64,000 nucleotides of DNA from an uncultured Candidatus Rokubacteria bacterium (GTDB taxonomy: Bacteria > Methylomirabilota > Methylomirabilia > Rokubacteriales > CSP1-6), in contig CAVXJS010000010.1 of the NCBI GenBank assembly GCA_963762145.1, positions 1 to 64,000 of the forward strand, given 5' to 3'. The translations under genes and the position numbers were made by a program. Below the pieces are notes generated by a model, which saw nothing but the letters and a program-made list of their open reading frames with translations, did no database searches and had not been told where the DNA came from. Below, one piece after another: positions 28,574 to 38,427 of this stretch. Within the stretch, counting starts at the first letter, position 1, and each line of letters starts with the position of its first letter.

Positions 28574-30277
28574 ATGACGCCCCGTTCCCCATCGGTCGGC
28601 TTCCGGGCCGTTCTCGCGCTCGGTCTGATGATCGGCTTCTACGCCCTGGCGCTCGGTCTCGCGGGCGCGCTGCTCTGGGTGCCGTATGCGGTGTTCAACT
28701 ACGCGCACCGCATTCCCGCCAAGCTGGCCCTCGGCTGTCTCGCCGGCGCGGCCATCATTCTCTGGTCCGTCATGCCGCGGCCGGATCGTTTTGAGCCGCC
28801 CGGTCCGCGACTCGAGCCCGGGCAGCATCCGAAGCTCTTCGAGATGATCCGCGGTGTCGCGTCCGCCACGAAGCAGGAGATGCCCGCGGAGGTCTACCTG
28901 GTCGGGGACATGAACGCGTGGGTGGCACATCGGGGCGGCCTGATGGGCCTCGGCGCCCACGGGATCATGGGGCTCGGGCTGCCGCTGCTCCAGACCCTCA
29001 GCGTGTCCGAGCTGCGCGCGGTGCTCGCCCATGAGTTCGGCCATTACCATGGCGGCGACACGAAGCTTGGCCGGTTCGTGTACGTGACCCGCGCCGCCAT
29101 CGGCCGCACCCTCGAGAATCTGGGTCATCACGGCTCGATCCTGCAGCTCCCGTTCATCTGGTACGGGAATCTCTTCCTCCGTGTCTCCCACGCGGTCTCG
29201 CGCTCCCAGGAGCTGGCCGCCGATCAGCTCGCGGCCCGAGTGGTCGGGGCGCGGCCGCTGGCGGAGGGCCTGAAGAAGATTCACGTCGCGGCTCCCGTCT
29301 TCGGCTACTACTGGTCGAACGAGGTGACCCCGGTGCTCCACGCCGGCTTCGTCCCACCGCTCGCCGACGGCTTCCAGCGGTTCGTCACCGGTGAGATCGG
29401 CCAGAAGGCAATGGCCGCGGCCCGCGAGCACTCGCTCAAGGAGGACGCGGGCGACGTCTTCGACACGCATCCGCCCCTCGGCGAACGGCTCAAGGCCCTC
29501 GAAGGCGCCCGCCCCGGCGCCGTGACCGGCGCGGATCCGCTCTCCATCACGCTGCTGGGGGAGGCGCAGGCCCTCGAGCGCGCGGTGGTCGCGCCCGTGA
29601 TGCCTCCCACCGACGGCAAGCCTCTCGCCCCGATCCAGTGGAGCGAGGTCGGCGAGCGCGTCTATCAGCCCTTCTGGCGGAAGGAGACACAGGCTGCCGC
29701 CGCACACGGGCGTCCGCTCCCCGTGGAATCGCTCGGGCGTCAGGCGAGCACGCTGTCGGCAACGCTCGGCGGCAAGCTACTGCCGGAGCTGGACGCCGAG
29801 ACGCAGCAGCTTCGCGGGAACTGGGCGCTCGGCGCCGCGCTGGCCGTCGCGCTCTCGCAGGCCGGCTGGGCCACCGATGCGCAACCGGGCGAGGCCGTCA
29901 TGTTGCGGGGGCCTGCGGGGAGCATCGACCCGTTCGGTGCGGTGCAGGCGCTCGTGAAGGGGGAGATGAGCGCGGAGGCCTGGGGCGCGGAGTGCGGGCG
30001 GTTGGAGATGGTGGGAGTAGGGGTGTTCGGCTCGGGACCCAGCGAGCGGCACGTGCCCGCCAGCGCTACGCGGCCGGTAGTGGCTCCACGCGAGGTGATG
30101 GCCACGGTGGCTGCCGCGCCGGCGGCAGTCGCGTCCGCCACAGCGCCCGCGTCCGTCCCGGCGCCACGGACACGGCGGTGCTGGCGCTGCAAGGAGCCCG
30201 TGGAGCTGCCCGCGGAGAGCGGCGGCGAGCGGCCGCGCTGCGCGAAGTGCGGGACGCTGCAGTGGGTGCCGGTGTAG
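28574..30277 (+). CDS. M48 (HtpX/Ste24-like) membrane zinc metalloprotease with C-terminal Zn ribbon
   Basis: Two N-terminal TMs, MNAW, VLAHEFGH, SRSQELAAD, DTHPPLGER; terminal CWRC...CAKC. Confidence 0.9.
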   Translation: MTPRSPSVGFRAVLALGLMIGFYALALGLAGALLWVPYAVFNYAHRIPAKLALGCLAGAAIILWSVMPRPDRFEPPGPRLEPGQHPKLFEMIRGVASATKQEMPAEVYLVGDMNAWVAHRGGLMGLGAHGIMGLGLPLLQTLSVSELRAVLAHEFGHYHGGDTKLGRFVYVTRAAIGRTLENLGHHGSILQLPFIWYGNLFLRVSHAVSRSQELAADQLAARVVGARPLAEGLKKIHVAAPVFGYYWSNEVTPVLHAGFVPPLADGFQRFVTGEIGQKAMAAAREHSLKEDAGDVFDTHPPLGERLKALEGARPGAVTGADPLSITLLGEAQALERAVVAPVMPPTDGKPLAPIQWSEVGERVYQPFWRKETQAAAAHGRPLPVESLGRQASTLSATLGGKLLPELDAETQQLRGNWALGAALAVALSQAGWATDAQPGEAVMLRGPAGSIDPFGAVQALVKGEMSAEAWGAECGRLEMVGVGVFGSGPSERHVPASATRPVVAPREVMATVAAAPAAVASATAPASVPAPRTRRCWRCKEPVELPAESGGERPRCAKCGTLQWVPV

Positions 30278-30289
30278 CGGGATCGGCCC

Positions 30290-33200
30290 TCAGCTCTCCG
30301 CGTACTCGACCAGGCGGCAGAGGGCGTTGACGAGCTGCATCTCCTCGATCGACTGACAGCGCGCTTCCAGTAACCGGGGAGAGCAGACGAGGACCGCCAG
30401 GCACTGGGCGCGGGAGATGGCCACGTTCAGGCGGTTCCGGGAGAAGAGGAAGGTGAGGCTGCGCGGCACGTCCTCCCCGCTGGAGGTGGCCATCGAGAAG
30501 AAGACGATGGGCGCCTCCTGTCCCTGGAACTTGTCCACCGTGCCGACCCGTACGCCCGCGGGCAGCGCCATGCGTAGTCGCACCACCTGGGCGTTGTAGG
30601 GCGCCACGACCATGAAGTCGGCGTCGCGGAGGGGGCGGGTCGTGCCGTCGGCATCCGTGAACGTCCCTCCGCGCATGGCGGCGATTCTCTTCGCGATCTC
30701 CGCCACCTCCTCGTCCGACGAGGACCGGTTGCCGTCGTGCTCCACGGGCGCGAACCGGATGCCGGTTCCGAAGGAAGTGGTCCGACGCTCGGCCGATCCG
30801 TCGGAGTGCAGGCGCCCCGCGTAGACGATCTCCGAGATGAACCCGGATACCCCCGGGTGCATGCGGAAGCTGCGCTCGAGGAAGATCCCGCGGTCCTCCG
30901 GAATGGTCGGCGCATCGCCGAGCAGGTGCTCGAGGACGGAGGCGCCCGCGCCCGGCGGGTGCACGCCCTGCGAGACCTGGGCGAGCTGGAGCGGATCGCC
31001 CAGGAGGATGAGATTGCGAGCGCACGCCCCCATCGCGAGCGCATCCGCCAGGGCGATCTGCCCCGCCTCGTCGATGACGAGATCGTCCAGCGCGCCGTCG
31101 AGCCTCTCGCGGGAGAAGAGCCAGGCGGTCCCCGCGAAGAGCTGGATGTCGCCGCGGGCGCCTTCGAAGGCCGCGTTGTCGTCGTCGTTCCTGATGAACT
31201 CGCCCTCGAACTCGGAATCCGGGTTCCCGGTTGACTTCTTGAGACCCTTGAAGCGCACGCCGGTGGCACGGGCGACCTTCTCGATCTCGGCGAGCAGATT
31301 GTGGATGGCCTTGTGGCTCTGCGCGGCGATGCCGACGCGGCGGCGGTTGGCCAGCAGGTGCACGACGATCCGGGCGCCCGTCCACGTCTTGCCGGTACCG
31401 GGCGGACCCTGGAGGAAGAGATAGCTCCCGTCGAGCCCGAGCGCCCGCGCCTTCATCTCTTCCAGATCGGTGGTCTGCACCGTGGCATCCGGGGTGAGGC
31501 CGCGGATGGTTGGCGGCTCCTTGGCGAGGATGGCGCGGAGCGCCGGGTAGCGGCCATCGCCCGCCCGGATCGATTCCGCCACGCGGAGCACCGCGTCGCG
31601 CTGGGTCCGGTTCTCGACGGGCTTGCCCGTGACGATTGCCTCGGGCAGGGGATTCGCGCCGACCTTCGCGCCGCGCACCAGGCGCAGGATGCCGACGGCT
31701 CCGCTCGTATCGTCGATCTCGAGGATCTCCCCGGCCGGCCTGCCGGTGGCCGGGTCATGTACCTGAAGACCGGGCCGCAGTTTGTGGTCCTGGGGCGGGA
31801 AGGTGAAGGTGTGGACCATCGATCGCTTCAGCGGGCTGGGCGGCGTGCTCCGATCGACCGCGAGGTGGGCGATGGCCTCCGTGTCCTCCAGCAGCTCCTC
31901 CGGCGACTTGCCGAGGCGATCGAAGTAGGCCCACCAGGCGGGGCGGGCCTCGCGCCGGTGGTACTCGAGGAGCTCCGCCGCCAGCCAGCGCGCTGAGCCG
32001 GGCTCGGCTCCGTCGATCAATTCCTGGCGCAGCCGCTGGCGTGCATCGAGGGCTTCGGTCGCCTCGGGCGCGAGCGGCCTGGCCTCGGGCGGTTCGGGCC
32101 ACGGCAGGTCGGTCGGACGGAGCTGGTGCAGCCACTCGAGCAGGCCCAGGGTGGCGCGACAGTCCTCGCGGTTGTACGTCGCGATCTCGTCCAGCCGCGT
32201 CTGATCCCGCTCGTGAATCCAGTGCTCGTAGTGCAGGATGGCCTGCGTGCCGGACTGGACGGGGCCGCTGCGCGCGAAGCCGAAGAGGGCCTCGACCTCC
32301 TTCAGCGAGTAGCTGGGCACGCCCGCGCGCAGGGCCCGGCGCAGGATCGAGTGGAGATCCACGAAGACCTCGCGTCGCAGCAGGTCGTCCACCTGGGCCT
32401 CGCGTGAGAGGTGCTCGGCCATCAGCCGCTTGAGCGTGCTCGGCTCGGAGCCACTGAAATGGTAGACGTGCAGGCCGGGATATTGCACGAGCCTCGCGTG
32501 GATGAGATCGACCAGGTCCTCGAACGCCCGACGCTCGCCGTCGCGATCGTGCGCCCAGAACGGCTGGTAGCGCGGCTCGGGTCCGTCGAGCAGGAGCACG
32601 CCGAAGAGATACTCGAGGCCGCGCGCGGGCTCGAAGAAGGGATGGCCCTCCAGATCGAAGATGACGTCGCCCGGCGACCGCGGCGGGAGCCCCGCGAAGC
32701 CACGGCCGACCTCGATGTCGAGCGCCCGCCATTCCAGCGAGCCGGTTTGCTGCCGGATGAGCTGGAGCCCGGCCTGCTCGCGTAACCCGTGGAGGGTGGA
32801 CCCCGCGATCCTGGGCACGGCGAGGTCGGCCGGGGTCTGGGCCAGCGCGGCGAGCGTGCCGATGCCGCCGGCGGAAAGCCGCTTCACCTGGGTTCGCTGG
32901 ATGCCGGCCACGCGCACGACGTGGTCCTCCCGCTCGAGCTGGTCCTCGCACGGCTTCCGGTAGTCGCAGAACGAGCAGTGGTGGCAGGGGTAGGGACCCG
33001 TCGCGGGCCGGGCGCCCACCGCCTCGCCGAAGCGCTCGCGAACGCGCCGGAAGTAGGCCGTCACGTCGGCCAGGCGGATCGGGACCCGGTCGCGGGTGCC
33101 GAGGACGACATAGGCCAGATCCGGCGCGAGCTGCTGGACCTGCTCGAGCGCCTGGCTATAGAAGGAGAGCTGCAGCGCGTGCTCCGGGCGCGGGTGCCGC

Positions 33201-33616
33201 GCCAGCTTTGTGTCCAGCACCTGATAGCTGAAGCCGCCCAGAGCGGAGGGCCGCTCGACGCGCTCCAGGAAGTCCGCGATCCCGCGCCATCCCTGCAACA
33301 GGAAGACGGCCTGGTACACGTAGTCGGCGCCCTCCCGCATGGCCTCCGCGGTGCGCCGCATCCCGGCTTCGAAGTCTCGAGCGGCGTCCAGGCGCACCTC
33401 GACCACCGTGCGGCCGGCTTCACGGAGGCTCGCGAGGTACGCCTGCTCGTGCTCCTGCCCCTTGGTCCGCAGGAGCTCGGCGTAGGCGTTCTCGTAGCTG
33501 GGGCGCCGACCTTGCCGGAGGGCCACGGCCAGCTCGAGCTGCGTCAGGTGCTCGCAGGCCAGGAAGCCGCCCAGGTCGGAGGGGGAGAAGAGGAAGCGGT
33601 CGTCGCGGCGCTGCAT
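30290..33616 (-). CDS. TM0106-family RecB-like nuclease / RNase H-like / SF1 (DNA2/NAM7-like) helicase
   Basis: FSPSDL...GIADFL...DTKLAR...LQL..Y; CHHCSFC; IFDLEG...YSLKEVE...YNREDC; GPPGTGKT, IDEAGQ, GDPLQL, FRM, TVDKFQGQE, RLNVAISRA. Confidence 0.93.
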   Translation of the reverse strand: MQRRDDRFLFSPSDLGGFLACEHLTQLELAVALRQGRRPSYENAYAELLRTKGQEHEQAYLASLREAGRTVVEVRLDAARDFEAGMRRTAEAMREGADYVYQAVFLLQGWRGIADFLERVERPSALGGFSYQVLDTKLARHPRPEHALQLSFYSQALEQVQQLAPDLAYVVLGTRDRVPIRLADVTAYFRRVRERFGEAVGARPATGPYPCHHCSFCDYRKPCEDQLEREDHVVRVAGIQRTQVKRLSAGGIGTLAALAQTPADLAVPRIAGSTLHGLREQAGLQLIRQQTGSLEWRALDIEVGRGFAGLPPRSPGDVIFDLEGHPFFEPARGLEYLFGVLLLDGPEPRYQPFWAHDRDGERRAFEDLVDLIHARLVQYPGLHVYHFSGSEPSTLKRLMAEHLSREAQVDDLLRREVFVDLHSILRRALRAGVPSYSLKEVEALFGFARSGPVQSGTQAILHYEHWIHERDQTRLDEIATYNREDCRATLGLLEWLHQLRPTDLPWPEPPEARPLAPEATEALDARQRLRQELIDGAEPGSARWLAAELLEYHRREARPAWWAYFDRLGKSPEELLEDTEAIAHLAVDRSTPPSPLKRSMVHTFTFPPQDHKLRPGLQVHDPATGRPAGEILEIDDTSGAVGILRLVRGAKVGANPLPEAIVTGKPVENRTQRDAVLRVAESIRAGDGRYPALRAILAKEPPTIRGLTPDATVQTTDLEEMKARALGLDGSYLFLQGPPGTGKTWTGARIVVHLLANRRRVGIAAQSHKAIHNLLAEIEKVARATGVRFKGLKKSTGNPDSEFEGEFIRNDDDNAAFEGARGDIQLFAGTAWLFSRERLDGALDDLVIDEAGQIALADALAMGACARNLILLGDPLQLAQVSQGVHPPGAGASVLEHLLGDAPTIPEDRGIFLERSFRMHPGVSGFISEIVYAGRLHSDGSAERRTTSFGTGIRFAPVEHDGNRSSSDEEVAEIAKRIAAMRGGTFTDADGTTRPLRDADFMVVAPYNAQVVRLRMALPAGVRVGTVDKFQGQEAPIVFFSMATSSGEDVPRSLTFLFSRNRLNVAISRAQCLAVLVCSPRLLEARCQSIEEMQLVNALCRLVEYAES

Positions 33617-33723
33617 GTCGTCCCATGCTCTCCGAGTACGTCGGTTCGAGCAAGTCCGGTTGACTTGCTCGGCGCGGCTGGCGAATAATCGCGCCACCAC
33701 ACGCCCCGGGAGGAGCACCGACC

Positions 33724-34746
33724 ATGATCGTCTCGCGACTGACCCTGCTGCTGTGCCTGCTCACCTTCGCTCCGGCCTTGCCCGCCCACGCCGACGAGCT
33801 GATCGTGGCCACCTTCGGGGGCACCTTCGTCGACAACTCGAAGAAGTGCCACGCCACCGCGTTCGAGAAGGCCACCGGCTCCACCGTGAAGTACGTGCTC
33901 GGCAGCTCGGTGCAGACCATGGCGAAGCTCCGGGCGGCCGGCGCGCGGGCGGAGTTCGACGTCGCCTACATGGACAGCCAGATCGTCAAGCAGGCCAAGG
34001 CGGAAGGGCTGCTCCAGCCGCTCGAGTCCGGGAAGATCGAGCACTGGAACGATCTCTACGAGGCCTCCCGGGACAAGGACGGCTACTGGGTGTCGATGAT
34101 GTTCGCGGGCACCATCATCACCTACAACACGAATCTCGTGAAGACGCCGCCCACGTCGTGGGGCGACCTCTGGAAGCCGGAGTGGAAGGGCAAGCTGGCC
34201 ATCCCGGACATCTCGGGCACGTCGGGCCAGCAGTTCCTGATGGCCGCGGCCCGGCTCAACGGCGGCTCGGTGGAGAACATCGATCCGGGCTTCGAGGCGA
34301 TCAAGAAGCTCAAGCCCAATGTCCAGATGATGTACACCCAGCCGGACCAGATCATCCCGCTCTTCGAGCGCGGCGACATCGCGCTCGCGGTGTGGTACAC
34401 GGACCGGACCGGCGCGGCCGCGCTGAAGGGCGTGCCGGTGGCCGCCGCCTACCCGTCGGAGGGTGCGATCGGCATCGTGCCCACGGTCTCGGTGCCCAAG
34501 GCCAGCCAGAAGCGGGACCTCGCGCAGAAGTACGTCGCGGTCCTCCTGTCGCCGGAGGGCCAGCTCTGCTTCGGTCAGAGCCAGTTCGCCGGCCCGACCA
34601 ACCGGAAGGTCCAGCTGCCCGCGGATCTGGCGAAGCTCGTGCCCTACGGCCCGCTCGTCCAGCGCATGTTCTTCCCGGATACCGATCTCGTGGCGAAGAA
34701 GTTCCCGGAGTGGTCGGAGCGCTGGGGGCGCGAGATCGCGCGTTGA
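33724..34746 (+). CDS. ABC transporter substrate-binding protein (PotD/polyamine-like)
   Basis: Signal peptide, ATFGG, PTSWGDLW, YPSEGAI. Confidence 0.9.
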   Translation: MIVSRLTLLLCLLTFAPALPAHADELIVATFGGTFVDNSKKCHATAFEKATGSTVKYVLGSSVQTMAKLRAAGARAEFDVAYMDSQIVKQAKAEGLLQPLESGKIEHWNDLYEASRDKDGYWVSMMFAGTIITYNTNLVKTPPTSWGDLWKPEWKGKLAIPDISGTSGQQFLMAAARLNGGSVENIDPGFEAIKKLKPNVQMMYTQPDQIIPLFERGDIALAVWYTDRTGAAALKGVPVAAAYPSEGAIGIVPTVSVPKASQKRDLAQKYVAVLLSPEGQLCFGQSQFAGPTNRKVQLPADLAKLVPYGPLVQRMFFPDTDLVAKKFPEWSERWGREIAR

Positions 34747-34753
34747 CCTGCAG

Positions 34754-35893
34754 GTGTCCGCGACCGCGTCACCGGCGGTGAGCGGCGCCGCGCCGGCGCT
34801 CACGGTGCGCCGGCTTCGCAAGTCGTTCGGCGCGGTGGTCGCCGTCGACGAGGTGTCGCTCGACGTGGCCCCGGGCGAGTTTCTCTCGCTCCTGGGCCCG
34901 TCGGGCTGCGGGAAGACCACGCTGCTCCGGATCGTCGCCGGCCTCGTCGAGCCGGACGGCGGCCAGGTCGTCCTCGCGGGCGAGGACATCACGCGGGTGG
35001 CCGTCCATCGCCGCAACCTCGGGCTGGTCTTCCAGTCGTACGCCCTCTTCCCCCACATGACCGTCTTCGAGAACGTCGCCTTCGGCCTCCGCCGGCGCTC
35101 GATTCCGCCCGCCGAGCTGGGTCCGCGCGTCGAGCGCATGCTGGAGCTGGTGCGCCTCGGGCCGCTCGGCGCCCGGCACCCGCGCGAGCTCTCCGGCGGC
35201 CAGCAGCAGCGCGTGGCGCTGGCCCGCGCGCTCGTCACCGAGCCCCGCGTGCTGCTGCTCGACGAGCCGCTGTCCAATCTGGACGCGCTGCTGCGCGACG
35301 AGATGCGCGTGGAGCTCAAGCGGCTGCAGGAGCGGCTCGGGACGACGATGATCTTCGTCACCCACGACCAGGCGGAGGCGCTCATCCTGTCCGACCGCGT
35401 GGTCGTGATGGAGGCGGGCCGGGTGGAGCAGATCGGCCGGCCGGAGGAGGTCTATCGCCGCCCCGCCACCGCCTTCGTGGCCCGCTTTCTCGGGCGCGCG
35501 AACTTTCTCGCGGGCACCGTGGCGGAGACGGACGCGGCCGGCACCGTCGTCGCGCTCGACGGCGGCGGGCTCTCGGTCGTGGCGATGCCGCGGCCGGGCC
35601 TCGAGCGCGGCCAGCCGGTGCGCGTGGTGATCCGTCAGGAGGCCATCCGCCTGGGGCCGCCGGACGGTGGGGCCACGCGTCCCAATCAGTTCGCGGCGAC
35701 CGTGGTGTTCCACGCCTTCGCGGGGCAGACCCACCACTACGTCGCCCAGCTCGCGGACGGGCGCGAGCTCGAGATCGCCGCGCCCGGCACCGCGCCGCCG
35801 CTGCCGCGCGGAGCCCGCACGCGGCTCGAGTGGAGCGCGGAGGACGCGATCCTGCTCCCCGGCGGCGCGCCCGGCGAGGGGGGCCCGCGGTGA
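34754..35893 (+). CDS. ABC transporter ATP-binding protein (PotA-like)
   Basis: GPSGCGKT, FQSYALFPH, LSGGQQQR, LLLDEP; TOBE-like C-terminus; start approximate. Confidence 0.93.
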   Translation: MSATASPAVSGAAPALTVRRLRKSFGAVVAVDEVSLDVAPGEFLSLLGPSGCGKTTLLRIVAGLVEPDGGQVVLAGEDITRVAVHRRNLGLVFQSYALFPHMTVFENVAFGLRRRSIPPAELGPRVERMLELVRLGPLGARHPRELSGGQQQRVALARALVTEPRVLLLDEPLSNLDALLRDEMRVELKRLQERLGTTMIFVTHDQAEALILSDRVVVMEAGRVEQIGRPEEVYRRPATAFVARFLGRANFLAGTVAETDAAGTVVALDGGGLSVVAMPRPGLERGQPVRVVIRQEAIRLGPPDGGATRPNQFAATVVFHAFAGQTHHYVAQLADGRELEIAAPGTAPPLPRGARTRLEWSAEDAILLPGGAPGEGGPR

Positions 35894-36735
35894 GCCACCG
35901 GCACGGCTGGTGGCTGCTGGCCCCGGCGCTCCTGCTGCTCACGGCCGCCTTCGTGGTGCCGGTGGGGATGCTGGTGCCGACCAGCGTCCGCCCCTACGTC
36001 CCGCTGGTGGGGATCACCGCCGGCTTCACGGCCCGCCACTACACGCGGCTCCTGACGGACTCCTACTACCTCGAGATCATCGGGCGGACGCTCGCGCTGG
36101 GGCTCACCGTGACGTGCTCGACGCTGGTCGTCGGCTACCCGGTGGCCTTCTTCCTCGCGCGCACCCGCTCGCGCTGGCGGAACTGGCTGACCATCCTGGT
36201 CGTCTTTCCCCTCATGCTGAACCTGGTGGTCCGCACCTTCGGCTGGATCGCCCTGCTCGCCCAGAACGGGCTCGTGAACCAGGCGCTCCAGGCGCTGGGG
36301 ATCACGGATGGACCCGTGAAGCTGCTGTTCAACTTCGCCGGCCTGCTCATCGGGCTCACGCACATCTTCCTGCCGTTCATGGTGCTGGTCCTCATCGGCG
36401 CCATCCAGAACATCCCGCGCGACGTCGAGGACGCCGCGCGCGTGCTGGGCGCGTCCTGGGGCAGCGCGTTCCTCCGGGTGACGCTGCCCCTGTCGGCGCC
36501 CGGGATCCTGTCGGGCTCGATCCTCGTCTTCGTCCTCACGATCAGCGCGCTGGTGACCCCGCGCCTGCTCGGCGGGCCGACCTATCAGGTGATGTCCACG
36601 CTGATCTACGACGAGTTCCTCGGGCGCCTGAACTGGCCGGCGGGGTCCGCCCAGTCCCTGCTGCTCACGGTCATGGTGCTGGCGCTGGTCTACCTCTCGG
36701 GCCGCCTGGCCCGGCGGGCGGGGGCGCGCGCGTGA
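35890..36735 (+). CDS. ABC transporter permease (PotB-like)
   Basis: EDAARVLGAS EAA motif; VVRTFGW. Confidence 0.9.
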   Translation: MSHRHGWWLLAPALLLLTAAFVVPVGMLVPTSVRPYVPLVGITAGFTARHYTRLLTDSYYLEIIGRTLALGLTVTCSTLVVGYPVAFFLARTRSRWRNWLTILVVFPLMLNLVVRTFGWIALLAQNGLVNQALQALGITDGPVKLLFNFAGLLIGLTHIFLPFMVLVLIGAIQNIPRDVEDAARVLGASWGSAFLRVTLPLSAPGILSGSILVFVLTISALVTPRLLGGPTYQVMSTLIYDEFLGRLNWPAGSAQSLLLTVMVLALVYLSGRLARRAGARA

Positions 36736-37523
36736 CGGCGGCCCGGCTGCGCACGTGGCTCCTGCGGGTGTGGGTCACCCTGGTGTTCGGCTTCCTGATG
36801 CTGCCGGCGGTGGTGATCGCGCTCGCTTCCGTGAGCCGCACGTCGTACCTGACGGTGCCGCCCAAGGGGCTCACCCTGCAGTGGTTCACCAAGGTGCTGG
36901 GCGACGCCGAGTACGTGCACGCCATCGGCTTCAGCGTGCTGCTCGCGCTCGTCGCGACGGCCGGGTCCCTCGCGGCCGGGCTGGCCGCGTCCTTCGCGCT
37001 GCTCCGCCGGCGGGTGACGGGCGGCGCGGGCGTCGCCGCGCTGCTCAACGCGCCGCTCGTCTTCCCCGGCGTGGTGGTGGGGGTGGCCCTGCTGCAGTTC
37101 TACGCGCTGGTGCACGTGAACGGCACCTTCGTGGGGCTGGCCCTCGCGCACATGGTGATCACGGTGCCCTACGTGGTCCGGGCGGTGACCGCGAGCCTCC
37201 AGGGGATCGATCCGGAGCTCGAGCACGCCGCGCGGGTGCTGGGCGCGAGCGGGCCGGTCGCGTTCTTCACGGTCACGCTGCCGCTCATCCGGCCCGGCGT
37301 CGCGGCGGGGGCGCTCTTCTCCTTCATCGTCTCGTTCGACAACGTGCCGGTGTCGATCTTCCTCCTCGGAGCGGGTCAGATGACGCTGCCGGTGAAGATC
37401 TTCACCGCGATCGAGTACGGGGTGGACCCGTCCATCGCCGCGATCTCGACCATGCTCATCGTGCTGACCGGCCTCGGCCTCGCCGTCGCCGAGCGCTGGA
37501 TCGGGTTCCACCGCTTCGTCTGA
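36732..37523 (+). CDS. ABC transporter permease (PotC-like)
   Basis: LEHAARVLGAS, SFDN, TLPV. Confidence 0.9.
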   Translation: MTAARLRTWLLRVWVTLVFGFLMLPAVVIALASVSRTSYLTVPPKGLTLQWFTKVLGDAEYVHAIGFSVLLALVATAGSLAAGLAASFALLRRRVTGGAGVAALLNAPLVFPGVVVGVALLQFYALVHVNGTFVGLALAHMVITVPYVVRAVTASLQGIDPELEHAARVLGASGPVAFFTVTLPLIRPGVAAGALFSFIVSFDNVPVSIFLLGAGQMTLPVKIFTAIEYGVDPSIAAISTMLIVLTGLGLAVAERWIGFHRFV

Positions 37524-37549
37524 TCTCGCACCGCATCGGAGGGACTGCC

Positions 37550-38320
37550 ATGGCTGCTGTCGTCGAGGGCCGGCTCGCCGGCCGGATCGCCGTCGTCACC
37601 GGGGCCGCCAACGGCATCGGCCGCGCCAGCGCGCTGCGCCTCGCCCGGGAGGGCGCGGATCTGGTCGTGGTCGATCGCGAGGGCGATACGCTGCAGGGCG
37701 CGGCCCGGGAGATCGAGGCGGCCGGCCGCCAGGTCCTGCCGATCACCGCGGACTGGACCGAGCCGGGCGCGGTGGAGGCGGCGTTCGCGGCGATCCGGAC
37801 GCGCTTCGGGCGCATCGACATCCTCTTCAACAACGTCGGCCAGAGCGCCCGCGAGCGCGCCACCGAGTTCCACCTCTCGGCCGAGGAGACGTGGCGCTTC
37901 GTCATCGAGGTGTCGCTGGTCGCGACCATGCGCGCCACCCGCCTCGCGGTGGAGGAGATGCGGGCCCGCCGCAGCGGCCGCATCGTCAACATGTCGACCG
38001 AGTCCGCCTTCTACGGCGACGTGGGGTTCGTGGACTACGCGGCGGCCAAGATGGGGGTGATCGGCTTCACCCGCTCCCTCGCGCGCGAGCTGGCGCCGTT
38101 CCACGTCAACGTCAACGCGGTGTGCCCTGGCGCCATCCGCACCCGCGCCCACGATCGCCTGCCGCGCGAGGTGATCGACAAGGTGCGTACCAGCGTGCCG
38201 ATGGGTTACGTGGCCGAGCCCGAGGACGTGGCCGGCGTGGTGGCGTTCCTGGCCAGCGACGATGCCCGCTACATCACCGGCCAGTCGATCCTGATCGACG
38301 GCGGCCGCTGGATGATCTGA
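37550..38320 (+). CDS. SDR family oxidoreductase
   Basis: TGAANGIG, NNVG, YAAAK. Confidence 0.93.
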   Translation: MAAVVEGRLAGRIAVVTGAANGIGRASALRLAREGADLVVVDREGDTLQGAAREIEAAGRQVLPITADWTEPGAVEAAFAAIRTRFGRIDILFNNVGQSARERATEFHLSAEETWRFVIEVSLVATMRATRLAVEEMRARRSGRIVNMSTESAFYGDVGFVDYAAAKMGVIGFTRSLARELAPFHVNVNAVCPGAIRTRAHDRLPREVIDKVRTSVPMGYVAEPEDVAGVVAFLASDDARYITGQSILIDGGRWMI

Positions 38321-38322
38321 TT

Positions 38323-38390
38323 CCCCCTCACCCTTCCCTCTCCGGGACAGTTCCCCCTCTCCCCTCAGGGGAGAGGGCAGGGTGAGGGGG
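38323..38390. repeat. BoxC/REP-like palindromic intergenic element
   Basis: CCCCCTCACCCTTCCCTCTCC...CCCTCTCCCCTCAGGGGAGAGGGCAGGGTGAGGGGG. Confidence 0.85.
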
Positions 38391-38427
38391 CCCGCGTGAA
38401 AGCCCCACCAACACAAGGAGACCGGAC

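Noticed and set aside
30290-33616. Nuclease-helicase as a novel defence or Cas4-linked system
   Set aside because: The TM0106/RNase H/SF1 architecture is a known, widespread family, and no defence-type neighbours are present.
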